From contig OY762007.1 in assembly GCA_963665115.1 (NCBI GenBank), forward strand, positions 4,032,001 through 4,096,000: 64,000 nt of DNA, written 5' to 3'. Positions within the stretch are counted from its first letter, which is position 1. The number at the start of each line of letters is the position of its first letter. Positions 44,029 through 54,147 of this stretch are shown one piece after another. The notes beneath the pieces were generated by a model that saw only the letters and a list, made by a program, of their open reading frames with translations, ran no database searches and was not told the DNA's origin. This stretch comes from an uncultured Rivularia sp. (GTDB lineage: Bacteria; Cyanobacteriota; Cyanobacteriia; Cyanobacteriales; Nostocaceae). The translations under genes and the position numbers were made by a program.

Positions 44029-44634
44029 TTAATCGATATCTTCCCCAAGCACAAATCGAACAAACCGACGAACTCGAATATTTTCACCAACCACAGAAAT
44101 TGTGTACCTAATTTGTTCTTCCACGGTGATTTTTTGATTGCGAATAAAAGGTTGATTCATCAAAGTCATTTCCTTGAGGCGCTTTTCAATACGTCCTTTA
44201 ACAATTTTTTCTTTGATATTATCTGGTTTATTCGCCAAATCGTCCCGCTCCATTTCGATCGCTTTTTCCTTCTCAACAATTTCTGCTGGAATATCTTCTA
44301 CATTCAGATATTTAATATTAGAATAAGCTGCAATTTGCATTGCAATATCTTTCACCAACACTTGAAAAGCTTCAGTTTTAGCTACAAAATCAGTTTCGCA
44401 ATTTACCTCTAGCAAAACTCCTACTTTTCCACCTGTATGAATGTAGCTTGAAATGATTCCTTCTGCTGTAATCTTTTCATTAATAGGAGTAAAAGCAATA
44501 GATGTTCTCCGTAACCATATAATTGCTGCTTCAACATCACCATTAGTTGCTTTCAGCGCTTTTTTACAGTCCATCATTCCCACACCAGTTTTTTGGCGCA
44601 GTTGTTGGACAATTGTTGCATTTATGTCCACCAT
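44029..44634 (-). CDS. tsf: Elongation factor Ts paralog (short form)
   Basis: LR.KTG.GMMDCKKAL, EVNCETDFVA, GENI.VRRFVRF; not next to rpsB. Confidence 0.9.
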   Translation of the reverse strand: MVDINATIVQQLRQKTGVGMMDCKKALKATNGDVEAAIIWLRRTSIAFTPINEKITAEGIISSYIHTGGKVGVLLEVNCETDFVAKTEAFQVLVKDIAMQIAAYSNIKYLNVEDIPAEIVEKEKAIEMERDDLANKPDNIKEKIVKGRIEKRLKEMTLMNQPFIRNQKITVEEQIRYTISVVGENIRVRRFVRFVLGEDID

Positions 44635-44673
44635 AATTCAATTTTAGATTTTGGATTTTATCGCAAAATTAGT

Positions 44674-45120
<447 letters not shown>

Positions 45121-45510
45121 TTACTTCAGAGACACTTTTGCTTCCACTGCTTCCAATTGTTGTTTAATATTTTCAGCTTCAGCAATTGCAATTCCAGTTT
45201 TTACCGTTTGAGGTAGGTTCTCAACAAAGTCTTTTGCTTCTTTCAATCCTAAACCCTTTATTTCTCGTACTAATTTAAGAATTGAAATCTTTTTATTAGG
45301 AGCAACTTCCTCTAAAACCACATCAAACTCCGTTTGTTGAGTTTCAATCTGCTTTTTATCTGGAATTAAGTTAATTAAGACAGGCAAATTAACTTGAGAG
45401 CGAGAAGCATCAACATTAAAAGTATCTTCTATTAATTTAATTAACTCAGTAGTTTCAATTAAACTTAAGGACTTTAATTTTTCTAAAATTTCGACAGTTT
45501 GAACAGACAT
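45121..45510 (-). CDS. rplL: Ribosomal protein L7/L12 paralog
   Basis: ILEKLKSLSL.E..EL...IE.TF.V; TEFDVVL, KI..LK.VR.I.GLGLKEAKD.VE; not next to rplJ. Confidence 0.9.
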   Translation of the reverse strand: MSVQTVEILEKLKSLSLIETTELIKLIEDTFNVDASRSQVNLPVLINLIPDKKQIETQQTEFDVVLEEVAPNKKISILKLVREIKGLGLKEAKDFVENLPQTVKTGIAIAEAENIKQQLEAVEAKVSLK

Positions 45511-45561
45511 GATACACTTCCATCTTCAGCCAATATTGGCTAGCTTTCTTTAGATTTTTAA

Positions 45562-45690
45562 ATCATCTCGCGCAAGTCTAAAAGCTGTTGTTCACACACA
45601 AAAGTCTTACCCGTTAACAGTCGGTTAATATCCGAATTCTCTACCAGTGAGCTATTATGTAAGCTTTTTATATTAGGGTGCGAGGTGAAT
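45562..45690 (-). ncRNA. Degenerate tRNA-Asn-like module (45591-45662, anticodon ATT) on an extended stem
   Basis: TTACATA/TGTGTGA acceptor, TAGCTCACTGGTAGAG D-arm, TCGG-ATATTAA-CCGA arm, degenerate T-arm, outer AAAAGCT/AGCTTTT stem. Confidence 0.6.
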
Positions 45691-45764
45691 TACTTATTTA
45701 TTTCAATTCAGTAAAACGGAAACTCACTGAGTTATATACTCATGTATATTAACCAACTACAGTT

Positions 45765-45794
45765 ATACTACATATGTAATATGTAAATTGTCAA
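45765..45794 (-). promoter_or_regulatory. Sigma70-like promoter TTGACA-18-TAGTAT overlapped by palindrome TACTACA-TA-TGTAATA
   Basis: -35 at 45789-45794, -10 at 45765-45770, palindrome 45766-45781. Confidence 0.7.
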
Positions 45795-45975
45795 GGGTTT
45801 TTTAAAAGATATATTGTATTGTTTAAATTATTGGCAATATAAATACTGAAAACAGACAAACAATACAGCACTTCACTATTAAGTAAAACTGAAAATATAA
45901 AGTAAGAAGACAAACTAGACCTATAAGTGAACTTTTGCTCGTCTAGATTGCCTAATTATTCCCATATTTAAACAT

Positions 45976-46368
45976 TTATTCGATTGCAAGAGAAGCGCTT
46001 TTACGGGCTTCCAACCAGAGATTGTGGAGGAAACATTCAGTGCTATGAGTCATAGTAGTAACAAAACCACCGCTGATACTTTGCGCGTTTATTGATAGCC
46101 AATAACCCCGTAAAGAAACTTCTATAAATTCTGTATCGCAAGCGTAAACATCTATAATTTCCCTGTTATTATCTTGCTCTACTTCGGTATGTAATTGCCC
46201 TAATCCTGGTAAATCAACAGGAAGCAAAAATGTTGCCGTGCTGGGTTCAACGCACAAACTTTGACCGATTCGTAAAGTTAGTATGACTCGGGCTTGTATC
46301 CATTCTTCTACGGATTCAGTTAAAAGCTCTAGGTAAAAACTGTTTTCTGTATAAGTTAATTTCAGCAT
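45976..46368 (-). CDS. alr0857-family protein
   Basis: MLKLTYTENSFYLE.L...VEEW...RVIL.LR.GQSLCVEPSTA.FLLP; follows the HNH gene. Confidence 0.8.
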   Translation of the reverse strand: MLKLTYTENSFYLELLTESVEEWIQARVILTLRIGQSLCVEPSTATFLLPVDLPGLGQLHTEVEQDNNREIIDVYACDTEFIEVSLRGYWLSINAQSISGGFVTTMTHSTECFLHNLWLEARKSASLAIE

Positions 46369-46384
46369 TCTTCATGCTCTCCTG

Positions 46385-46894
46385 TTACTCCAGGTTTGCT
46401 TGCACAACACCTTTCCAAAACTGCTCTGCAAAAGAAACAGTTGGGTGGACGGGTGATTTTGGTTTTGTACGAAGTGGCATCCCAGCTTCCTTGGGGGTGC
46501 GGTTACTTTTGCGAGAGTTACACTCAGAACAAGCGGCTACAACGTTCTCCCAGGTATGACGGCCACCACGAGAACGGGGAATCACATGATCTAATGTTAA
46601 GTTTTTGTTACTACCGCAGTATTGGCAACTATTGCGATCGCGACGTAAAATTCCCCGACGATTGACGGGTGGTACTTTCCACATCCGCTCGCGAGAAGAA
46701 ATTTTTAAACGGATATGCTTGGGTACGTAAACTATCAAGTTGGGCGAGCTGATATGCCACCCACTTTCCGTGGTAATATCCAATGGTTCTGCTTTCTCAG
46801 TTACCAAAAGCACGACGGCCCGCTTAATATTCACTCGACACAGCGGTAAGTAATTTTGTGAAAACACAACTACGGATTTTTCTAGTACTTGCAT
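46385..46894 (-). CDS. HNH endonuclease (McrA-like); start uncertain (46894-46921)
   Basis: RRD...CQYCG...[24 protein letters not shown]. Confidence 0.93.
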   Translation of the reverse strand: MQVLEKSVVVFSQNYLPLCRVNIKRAVVLLVTEKAEPLDITTESGWHISSPNLIVYVPKHIRLKISSRERMWKVPPVNRRGILRRDRNSCQYCGSNKNLTLDHVIPRSRGGRHTWENVVAACSECNSRKSNRTPKEAGMPLRTKPKSPVHPTVSFAEQFWKGVVQANLE

Positions 46895-46921
46895 TATGCT
46901 CATCGCAGCTTGGCTCCTCAT

Positions 46922-46959
46922 GAAAAACCCCCGCTTCTTTTTTCAAGAAAGCGGGGGTT
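46922..46959 (-). terminator. Intrinsic terminator directly upstream of the HNH gene (candidate attenuator)
   Basis: AACCCCCGCTT...AAGCGGGGGTT hairpin followed by a U-run on the minus strand. Confidence 0.8.
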
Positions 46960-46984
46960 AAATGTTGACTTTGAAGTCTTTTAT

Positions 46985-47131
46985 TTAATGTGTGGCATGG
47001 CATCTGTAATGCCAGTACCTCCCGCTTGTTTTATCTGGTTTTAGTTGTTTGAGTAAATAAATAATTTTGGTATATTCACTATTTTGATTACTTTGTCTAA
47101 ATTGCCCGCGATCTAAATTACATCCGCCCAT
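46985..47131 (-). CDS. Candidate leader peptide (48 aa, ends KTSGRYWHYRCHATH)
   Basis: ATG 47131 to TAA 46985, ending ~25 nt before the terminator and spanning the antiterminator arm. Confidence 0.4.
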   Translation of the reverse strand: MGGCNLDRGQFRQSNQNSEYTKIIYLLKQLKPDKTSGRYWHYRCHATH

Positions 47132-47239
47132 AAATAAATACTCCACTTCCGCCGCTGCTGATTCCCAACCTGCTCGATGGTTGGAAATAAATGGGGAAGT
47201 GGAGTTGGACTGAATAAATATCACGGAAAATTTCACCTG

Positions 47240-47286
47240 TTGAACATTTCTATAAACATACTACACTTGTATTACTATCCTGTCTA
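47240..47286. promoter_or_regulatory. Overlapping divergent promoters sharing palindrome TACTACA-CT-TGTATTA (47259-47274)
   Basis: Plus strand TTGAAC-16-TACACT; minus strand TAGACA-17-TAGTAT. Confidence 0.65.
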
Positions 47287-47306
47287 TAGTTTTAAGGAGA
47301 AAAATC

Positions 47307-47642
47307 ATGCATACAATTGCTCGCACACCTACCACCGAGATGGAAGTAACTAGCATCCGCTTGGAACGGGAGCTAAAAGACAAGTTAAAAGAACTATCAG
47401 GGAATCAGGGATATCAAGCGTTAATTCGAGATATTTTATGGAATTACGTCCAGCAAAAATCAGGTGAATGGAAGCCGCGATTTTCGCGTGCTGATATTCG
47501 GGCAAGTATAGCCGCAACATCCCAGCAAGAAGAACGCTGCGTACTCACAGGCCAAGTAATTCAAGCTCAACAGCCAATGCTGCTAGGACTTACGAAAACT
47601 GGGGATATGGTTCCTTTAAGTATAGAAAGTTTAGCTGGCTAA
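47307..47642 (+). CDS. trcR: Ribbon-helix-helix repressor, TrcR-like
   Basis: EVTSIRLERELKDKLKELS...GYQALIRDILW RHH pattern; divergent from HNH/alr0857 as recalled for Anabaena all0854; AAGGAG RBS. Confidence 0.7.
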   Translation: MHTIARTPTTEMEVTSIRLERELKDKLKELSGNQGYQALIRDILWNYVQQKSGEWKPRFSRADIRASIAATSQQEERCVLTGQVIQAQQPMLLGLTKTGDMVPLSIESLAG

Positions 47643-48378
47643 CCCCTTCTTTAAACAGCACGGCCCAATGATTCCATTTTCAGCAATCATTGGGCTGCCT
47701 TATTTTTATAGGAATAATTATTAAAATCTTTAATACAAAAAGCAATAAGGATATATTTAATGGTTTGCATGGGATTTTTATATTCAAGAGGTATATGTAG
47801 CTTATAAAGCCGTTGGGAGCAGCATTTTTTGATTTATAGGGGGTATGACAGTACTTGACATATGCAAACCTTGAGCCTAAGAAGTAAGTGACCGATAAGA
47901 ATAGGAGTTAAAAATTAATAAAACATCTAGTCACCCATGATTATTCTTTTTACCTGTCCCTAGCGAAAATTTAATTATCTGACGACCGATAGAAAATTAC
48001 TCTTACAAAGCTTGTTTGGGTAGAAATAAATAGTACGATTGTAGCTTTGAGTCTAAGTGGGAATGCGGACAATATTCACGGAGTATTTGATTCTACTCTA
48101 GAGAAAATACGGTTTGTCTGAAGTTGTAGATGAGGATATTCTGGGTCTGAGAAAAGCAAAAAATACTGACCGGCATCCGAAGCGACTTACTAGAGTATTA
48201 GAAACAATTGAGTATACTGATAATATTTCTTTGCTCGTGGCAAAATTTTTTATATACCAGTGACAAAAGTCATTTTAAAAGAAAGGGGCTATAACAGGTG
48301 AAAGAATTTATTTGTAGAACCCTTTGCGGTTCATCAGGGTGCAATTACAAAAAGAAAGGTAAATAAAGTACCAGGAGG

Positions 48379-50457
48379 TTGGGTAAAACGACGATGAGGT
48401 CATTATCCAAGAGTGTGCCACAAATGAAAAAGCGTATAACAACATCGCCGCAGCAGCGCCCGGATGAACAACAAGACCTAGTAAAATACCAATTTAAGCT
48501 GATGCAGCATCAGGAAACACCTGCCCATCGATTGGTATATGAAATCAATCAAATTATTGCTTCCTCTTGCACGCCTCCCGACCTTATGCTGCAAGAAATT
48601 GCTCGGCTAGTGGGAAGCGCTTTAGAGGTAGATTACTGCTGTTTAGTAACTGACCATAATCAAGGAGAAGCCTTGAGTGCTAGTTGGGGTGCCCAAAAAG
48701 ATTATCTGGGTTTATCCAACCATCAGGAAGCGTTTTCCATAGAACAATTAGAATTACCAGTAGTAGAATGCGCGGCGGAGCCATTTACTATTGAGGATAT
48801 TTCCACAATTCAGGAAAGTTTGGTTATAGGTTGTCAGAATTTTCCTTTACCAATAAAAGCTGTATTAGCCATTCCGACTCGCTTTGGTGGTGAAAATAAC
48901 GGCGTAATTAGTCTCATTAAATGCGAGCCTTATGAATGGAGCGATACAGAGAAACAACTTTTAAGGGCTGTAGAATCTTGTTGCGCCATTGCTTTTGCTC
49001 AAGTCGCACAAGAACGGATAATTTCTTCACAAAAACAGCAGGTGCGAAAAAGCGAACAGCACCAAAGCTTGATTCAGCAATTAACTATACTCAACCGCAG
49101 CAACTTAGAGTTTAACCAAATGCTCCAGTTGGTGGTTTCCTCTACAGGAGAAGCTTTAGGGGCAGACCGTGGTTTATTAATTTTATTAAAATACTCAGAC
49201 CCTTTATTTAGAATTCGTGCTAAAGCGCAAATTCCTAAAGCTAAAGCCACTGTTGTTAGTGAATGGTGTAAAGAAACAGAATATACGCTTTGTGAGGAAT
49301 TAAAATCCTTAGAACAGTCTTACTCGCTTGCAGATTGCGGTATATCCCAGCGTGCCTTTAAAGCGTCTAAGCCCGTAACCATAAATGACAATTCAGATAG
49401 GCGTAAAGATACTTCTACAATTGCTCCAGTGTTTGTTTTAGACAAATTACCCGCAGCGCTGCTAATGCCTTTAGAAAGCCAAGGTAAAGTCTTAGGATTT
49501 TTGGTACTACAGCAGAAGCAACGCCGCAATTGGCAGCAAGCTGAATTAAATATCGTTGAAATGGTTTGCGCTCAAATCAGCAATGCGATTATTCAGACGC
49601 AAACTCTTAAGCAAGTACAAACCCTTGTAGACGAACGCACCGCTCAACTACAGCGTAGTTTGGAAGTTCAAGCTAAGTTATACGAAAGAACGCGGCAATA
49701 CGTCGAGCAGTTACGCGAACTTAACGAACTCAAAGATGAATTTTTGAGCAACATGAGCGATCGCCTGCGTTATCCTTTGACAAATATGCGTATGGCGCTG
49801 CGTAATTTACGCCAACCCCAAATCGATGCAGATCGCCAAGCAAGGTACATGGATATTCTGGAGCAGGAATGTACTAAAGAAATTAATTTGATTAATGACT
49901 TACTTACACTCCAGAAGTTGGAAACTCACCAAGAACGTCCGCAGTTTGAAACAATTGATTTAAATAGTAAAATTCAAGATACAGCAGCAGCTTTTGATAA
50001 AAAATTAGCAGAAAAAGGATTGAGTATTTCGTTAGAGTTACCATCGGAACAGCTCAAACTGCAAACTGAAGTAGAAAGTTTCGATCGTATCCTCCAAGAG
50101 TTGCTCACAAATACTTGTAAGTATTCCGAGCATGATAGTGCTGTAGAATTGCGAGTTTCCCAGATTTACGAAACAGAGACTAAAACCAACCAATTACAAA
50201 TCCAGGTCATCAACGTTGGGCGTGGTATATCTGAAGAAGAAGCGACCTTTATATTTGACAAATTCCGTCGAGGTAAAGGTAGATGGACTCCTGGTACTGG
50301 CTTGGGATTAGCTTTGGTTAAATCTTTAATACAGCATCTCAATGGAGAAATAAGCGTAGAAAGTAGTTCTATTGAAGATTCTGAGTTAAGCCTCATAAGA
50401 TTCACTTTAACTTTCCCACAATTTTCTGATGATAGCGAAGCCTCGGAGCCTTCATGA
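48379..50457 (+). CDS. GAF-GAF sensor histidine-kinase-like protein lacking the H-box His
   Basis: Two GAF domains; EFLSNMSDRLRYPL; N-box ELLTNTCKYS; GTGLGL G2 box. Confidence 0.88.
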   Translation: MGKTTMRSLSKSVPQMKKRITTSPQQRPDEQQDLVKYQFKLMQHQETPAHRLVYEINQIIASSCTPPDLMLQEIARLVGSALEVDYCCLVTDHNQGEALSASWGAQKDYLGLSNHQEAFSIEQLELPVVECAAEPFTIEDISTIQESLVIGCQNFPLPIKAVLAIPTRFGGENNGVISLIKCEPYEWSDTEKQLLRAVESCCAIAFAQVAQERIISSQKQQVRKSEQHQSLIQQLTILNRSNLEFNQMLQLVVSSTGEALGADRGLLILLKYSDPLFRIRAKAQIPKAKATVVSEWCKETEYTLCEELKSLEQSYSLADCGISQRAFKASKPVTINDNSDRRKDTSTIAPVFVLDKLPAALLMPLESQGKVLGFLVLQQKQRRNWQQAELNIVEMVCAQISNAIIQTQTLKQVQTLVDERTAQLQRSLEVQAKLYERTRQYVEQLRELNELKDEFLSNMSDRLRYPLTNMRMALRNLRQPQIDADRQARYMDILEQECTKEINLINDLLTLQKLETHQERPQFETIDLNSKIQDTAAAFDKKLAEKGLSISLELPSEQLKLQTEVESFDRILQELLTNTCKYSEHDSAVELRVSQIYETETKTNQLQIQVINVGRGISEEEATFIFDKFRRGKGRWTPGTGLGLALVKSLIQHLNGEISVESSSIEDSELSLIRFTLTFPQFSDDSEASEPS

Positions 50458-51020
50458 TTAAACAACAGAACTTTCCCCAAGAAGATTTAAATTCCACGGG
50501 GAATAATAGCAAAAATCCGAATTTACAAGCTGTAAGTGTCGAAGTCGAGAAAATAACAGAACGTCAACGACAAATTACGGCTAAAATTCAAATTCCTCAC
50601 CCGGTAGAAAAAGTTTGGCAGGTGCTAACCGATTATCAAGCTTTATCTGATTTTGTTCCCAGCCTAGCTTCTTCTAAGAAATTAGAACATCCTAGCGGAG
50701 GTATCCGCTTGGAACAGATCGGTTCGCAGCGCTTGCTGCGGCTGAATTTTTCGGCACGAGTAGTTCTAGATTTAGAAGAGTCTTTTCCCAATCTTATTAG
50801 CTTCCAAATGGTGGAAGGAGATTTTAAGGATTTCTCAGGTAGCTGGCGTTTAAACAACTGCGTCTTAGACGATAAAACAAGTACCTTACTTTGCTACACG
50901 GTAAAAGTTTGGCCTAAGCTAACCATGCCAATCAGAATTATCGAACCTCGTCTTTCTCAAGATATGCAGTCAAATCTTTTAGCCGTTCGCGAACGTGTGG
51001 AAGAGTTGACAGAAAATTAG
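50454..51020 (+). CDS. SRPBCC/polyketide cyclase family protein
   Basis: VWQVLTDY..L.DFVP.L, F.MVEGDFK.FSG.W; ATGA overlap with the kinase. Confidence 0.88.
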   Translation: MIKQQNFPQEDLNSTGNNSKNPNLQAVSVEVEKITERQRQITAKIQIPHPVEKVWQVLTDYQALSDFVPSLASSKKLEHPSGGIRLEQIGSQRLLRLNFSARVVLDLEESFPNLISFQMVEGDFKDFSGSWRLNNCVLDDKTSTLLCYTVKVWPKLTMPIRIIEPRLSQDMQSNLLAVRERVEELTEN

Positions 51021-51094
51021 AAAGGGTAGCCTTATTATTACTAAGTGCTACCCTTTTTAATTTCAAATTAACTCTAGAATATCTAGATAATTAA

Positions 51095-51167
51095 TACCCC
51101 CAAGGGAATTCGAATCCCTGTCGCCTCCGTGAAAGGGAGGTGTCCTAGGCCTCTAGACGATGGGGGC
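51095..51167 (-). tRNA. trnE: tRNA-Glu(TTC)
   Basis: GCCCCCA/TGGGGGT acceptor stem, CCTCC-CTTTCAC-GGAGG anticodon arm, TTCGAAT T-loop. Confidence 0.97.
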
Positions 51168-51536
51168 CTGCGTTCTTAACTTTTATAAATTTAGCGACTT
51201 TCCCGAAATTTGTCAATACCCGCCTTTAAAAAAATTATTAACGCTTGCAGAAATCCCCCATATTGCGAGCAGCAGGTTAAAGTGGTGGAAAGTAACATAG
51301 GTAATGGGCTATTATTTTTCAAAAATTTTGCAACAATTCCCGCTGGTCTTCTTGAATAAACGCGAAGGCATTTCGCGGCTATTGTACAAAGACAAAGAAA
51401 ATGCTGTATTATAACCAATCTAGGAAAAGACTATTAATTCAACAACTATTGAGGGGCAACAACCTTTCATCAATCAAATTTAATATTTACTATTCTGATC
51501 GACAGATTTTGAAATACACGGCTCAAAATCTCCAAT

Positions 51537-53456
51537 ATGGAAGCATCTTTTGACATCACCCTACAAATGGTGATTGCTGTCGTTGCAGGCATCAGCGCCC
51601 AAGTACTGGCTGCCTACGTTAAAGTGCCTAGCATCGTTTTTTTACTGCTGTTTGGTATCTTTTTAGGGTCGGATGGCATTGGGTTATTACATCCCCATTT
51701 GTTAGGCATTGGATTAGAAGTAATTGTTGCTCTAGCAACGGCAATAATTCTGTTTGAAGGCGGACTAGACTTAGAATTGCGAGAATTAGGCAGGGTTTCT
51801 ACTAGCCTGCAATTGCTCGTAACGTTAGGAACCTTAATTACATTAGTGGGCGGGAGCATGGCGGCTCATTGGCTGGGAGAGTTTCCTTGGCCAATTGCTT
51901 TTCTTTATGCTTCGATTGTGGTGGTAACAGGCCCTACAGTAGTTACTCCACTGCTCAAACAAATAAAAGTAGACCGGCAAGTCTCGACGCTTTTAGAAGG
52001 CGAGGGAATTCTCATCGATCCCGTAGGAGCAATTCTTGCGGTAGTTGTTCTCGATACTATTTTGAACGGCGATGCAGACCCTTTAAACGCCATCACTGGT
52101 TTGTTTGTGCGTTTGGGTATTGGTGCGGCAATCGGTGGAGTCGGCGGTTGGCTGCTATCGTTATTTTTCAAGCGAGCCAATATCTTGTCATTTGAACTCA
52201 AAAATCTGGTCGTACTTGCCTCTGTATGGGGCTTGTTTACTTTGGCGCAGATGATTCGCAGCGAATCGGGATTAATGACGACGGTAGTGGCAGGAGCTGT
52301 TTTCGCGAATTCATCGGTACCAGAAGAACGTTTGTTACGGCACTTTAAAGGTCAGCTAACAATTCTGTGTATATCGGTATTATTTGTCTTATTAGCGGCC
52401 GATCTATCTATCGCCAGCGTATTCGCTTTGGGCTGGGGTAGTTTATTCACCGTCTTGGCGCTAATGTTCGTAGTGCGACCGATTAATATTCTCTTATGTA
52501 CCTGGAACAGCGATCTTAACTGGAAACAAAAGGTATTTTTAAGTTGGGTTGCACCAAGGGGTATTGTTTCGGCATCGGTTGCTTCATTATTTGGTATCTT
52601 ACTGACGCAGCGCGGTATCAACGGTGGTGACGCAATTAAAGCTTTGGTGTTTTTGACAATATTGATGACAGTTTTTTGTCAAGGGCTTACGGCCGGATGG
52701 GTTGCAAAATTGCTGCAAATTACTTTAAAACAAGCAACTGGAGCGGTAATTGTCGGTTGCAATCCTTTAAGTATTTTGATTGCCCGCTTCTTTCAGGAGC
52801 GTGGAGAAACTGTAGTCATGATTGATACAGATCCAGAAGCTTCCGAGCAGGCACAAGCGCAAAATTTAAGGGTTTTGACTAGCAGTGCTTTGGATGCCAA
52901 TGTTTTAGAAGAAGCTGGACTTGATTCGGTAGGTACTTTTCTGGCTATGACCAATAACGGTGAAGTTAATTTTGTTTTAGCTCAACGAGCCGCTGAAGAA
53001 TTCGATCCGCCTCGTGTTTTAGCAGTCTATCCTCGCGACCCTCAAGCCCGCACCAAAAACAACAGTAAAGTCCTTCAAGCTTTTCTTCCCGATTTCAAAC
53101 TAAAAATTTGGAATCAACATCTGGCGGATGAGCAAGTCAAACTAGGAACTATGACTTTGAAAGATCCTGGTTTTTCTTTACAGAAAATTCAGTTACAAGC
53201 ATTAATCCGGACTGGGGACTTACTGCCGTTATTTGTAGAAAGAGACGATAAAATCAACCTGATTACCGCTGGTGAAACTTGGCAAGTTGGCGATCGCCTA
53301 ATTTACTTATTGCACGATCCCAGACCGGATTTGCTTAAACGCTTGTCTGGTGCTAATCAATCTACTCGTCTTTCTTTAGAAAATTTACCAGAAGTAGAAG
53401 AAATTCCCATCGGAAAATTATCTCAACTTTCTGCCACTGATGCGCCAACACCTTGA
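51537..53456 (+). CDS. CPA1 cation:proton antiporter with TrkA-N domain
   Basis: IILFEGGL, VTGPTVV.P, EG.LIDP.GA, APRGIV.A; C-terminal KTN domain. Confidence 0.93.
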   Translation: MEASFDITLQMVIAVVAGISAQVLAAYVKVPSIVFLLLFGIFLGSDGIGLLHPHLLGIGLEVIVALATAIILFEGGLDLELRELGRVSTSLQLLVTLGTLITLVGGSMAAHWLGEFPWPIAFLYASIVVVTGPTVVTPLLKQIKVDRQVSTLLEGEGILIDPVGAILAVVVLDTILNGDADPLNAITGLFVRLGIGAAIGGVGGWLLSLFFKRANILSFELKNLVVLASVWGLFTLAQMIRSESGLMTTVVAGAVFANSSVPEERLLRHFKGQLTILCISVLFVLLAADLSIASVFALGWGSLFTVLALMFVVRPINILLCTWNSDLNWKQKVFLSWVAPRGIVSASVASLFGILLTQRGINGGDAIKALVFLTILMTVFCQGLTAGWVAKLLQITLKQATGAVIVGCNPLSILIARFFQERGETVVMIDTDPEASEQAQAQNLRVLTSSALDANVLEEAGLDSVGTFLAMTNNGEVNFVLAQRAAEEFDPPRVLAVYPRDPQARTKNNSKVLQAFLPDFKLKIWNQHLADEQVKLGTMTLKDPGFSLQKIQLQALIRTGDLLPLFVERDDKINLITAGETWQVGDRLIYLLHDPRPDLLKRLSGANQSTRLSLENLPEVEEIPIGKLSQLSATDAPTP

Positions 53457-54064
53457 ACTAGCTCTTGCGGTGTGCTGACTTGTTTTTCAACCGATAGTAC
53501 GCTGACTAAATGCACTACTGACAAAATAATCGCAGCAATTGAGAGAATGTAGCTGTGTATGGTGTACAGACGCTGAACTGTCAAAGTACTAACACCACTA
53601 CCACCAGTCAGAATTTCTCTTAACTGCTGGCCGATAAAAGGAATTGCCTCAATGGTTCCTAATTCGATATTAAAGCGCCAAAATCCAACTTGATCCCAGC
53701 CCAAAATCATCGATGTCCAGCTTAATCCGATTACGCTCAAGGTTAAAAATATTCCACTAACCCAGGCTGTATACCAGGTTTTGGTAAATTTTCTACCTAA
53801 AAACATCACCACAATCTGAATCAAAGCAGCAACAATTATCCCATTACCAGCAATATAGTGAGCTTTACGGAATAACCAGCCGTACTGTATTTGTTCGGTT
53901 ATCATCTTCAATGACTGATAAGCCCTACCAGAAGCTGGTTCGTAATAGATCGAGAGCAGAATACCCGTACTAGCAGCAATCAAACTTAAAGTCAAAATCA
54001 CTACCGATACAATCGTCGCCGTCCGTCGCATCACTATGTCAAATCGGCTTTCTTGAGCAAGCAT
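53423..54064 (-). CDS. Cytochrome b/b6 N-terminal domain protein (PetB-like paralog)
   Basis: TG.LL..YY.P...AY.S, GWLFR..H, L.WDQ.G.W, IPFIG..L, R.Y..H. Confidence 0.85.
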   Translation of the reverse strand: MLAQESRFDIVMRRTATIVSVVILTLSLIAASTGILLSIYYEPASGRAYQSLKMITEQIQYGWLFRKAHYIAGNGIIVAALIQIVVMFLGRKFTKTWYTAWVSGIFLTLSVIGLSWTSMILGWDQVGFWRFNIELGTIEAIPFIGQQLREILTGGSGVSTLTVQRLYTIHSYILSIAAIILSVVHLVSVLSVEKQVSTPQELVQGVGASVAES

Positions 54065-54147
54065 AGAATCTTCCTTTCTTAAAAAATATTTACAATTATT
54101 ACGATCTTAGCTAAGAAATATTAAAATATTCATTAAGAAGTATACAT

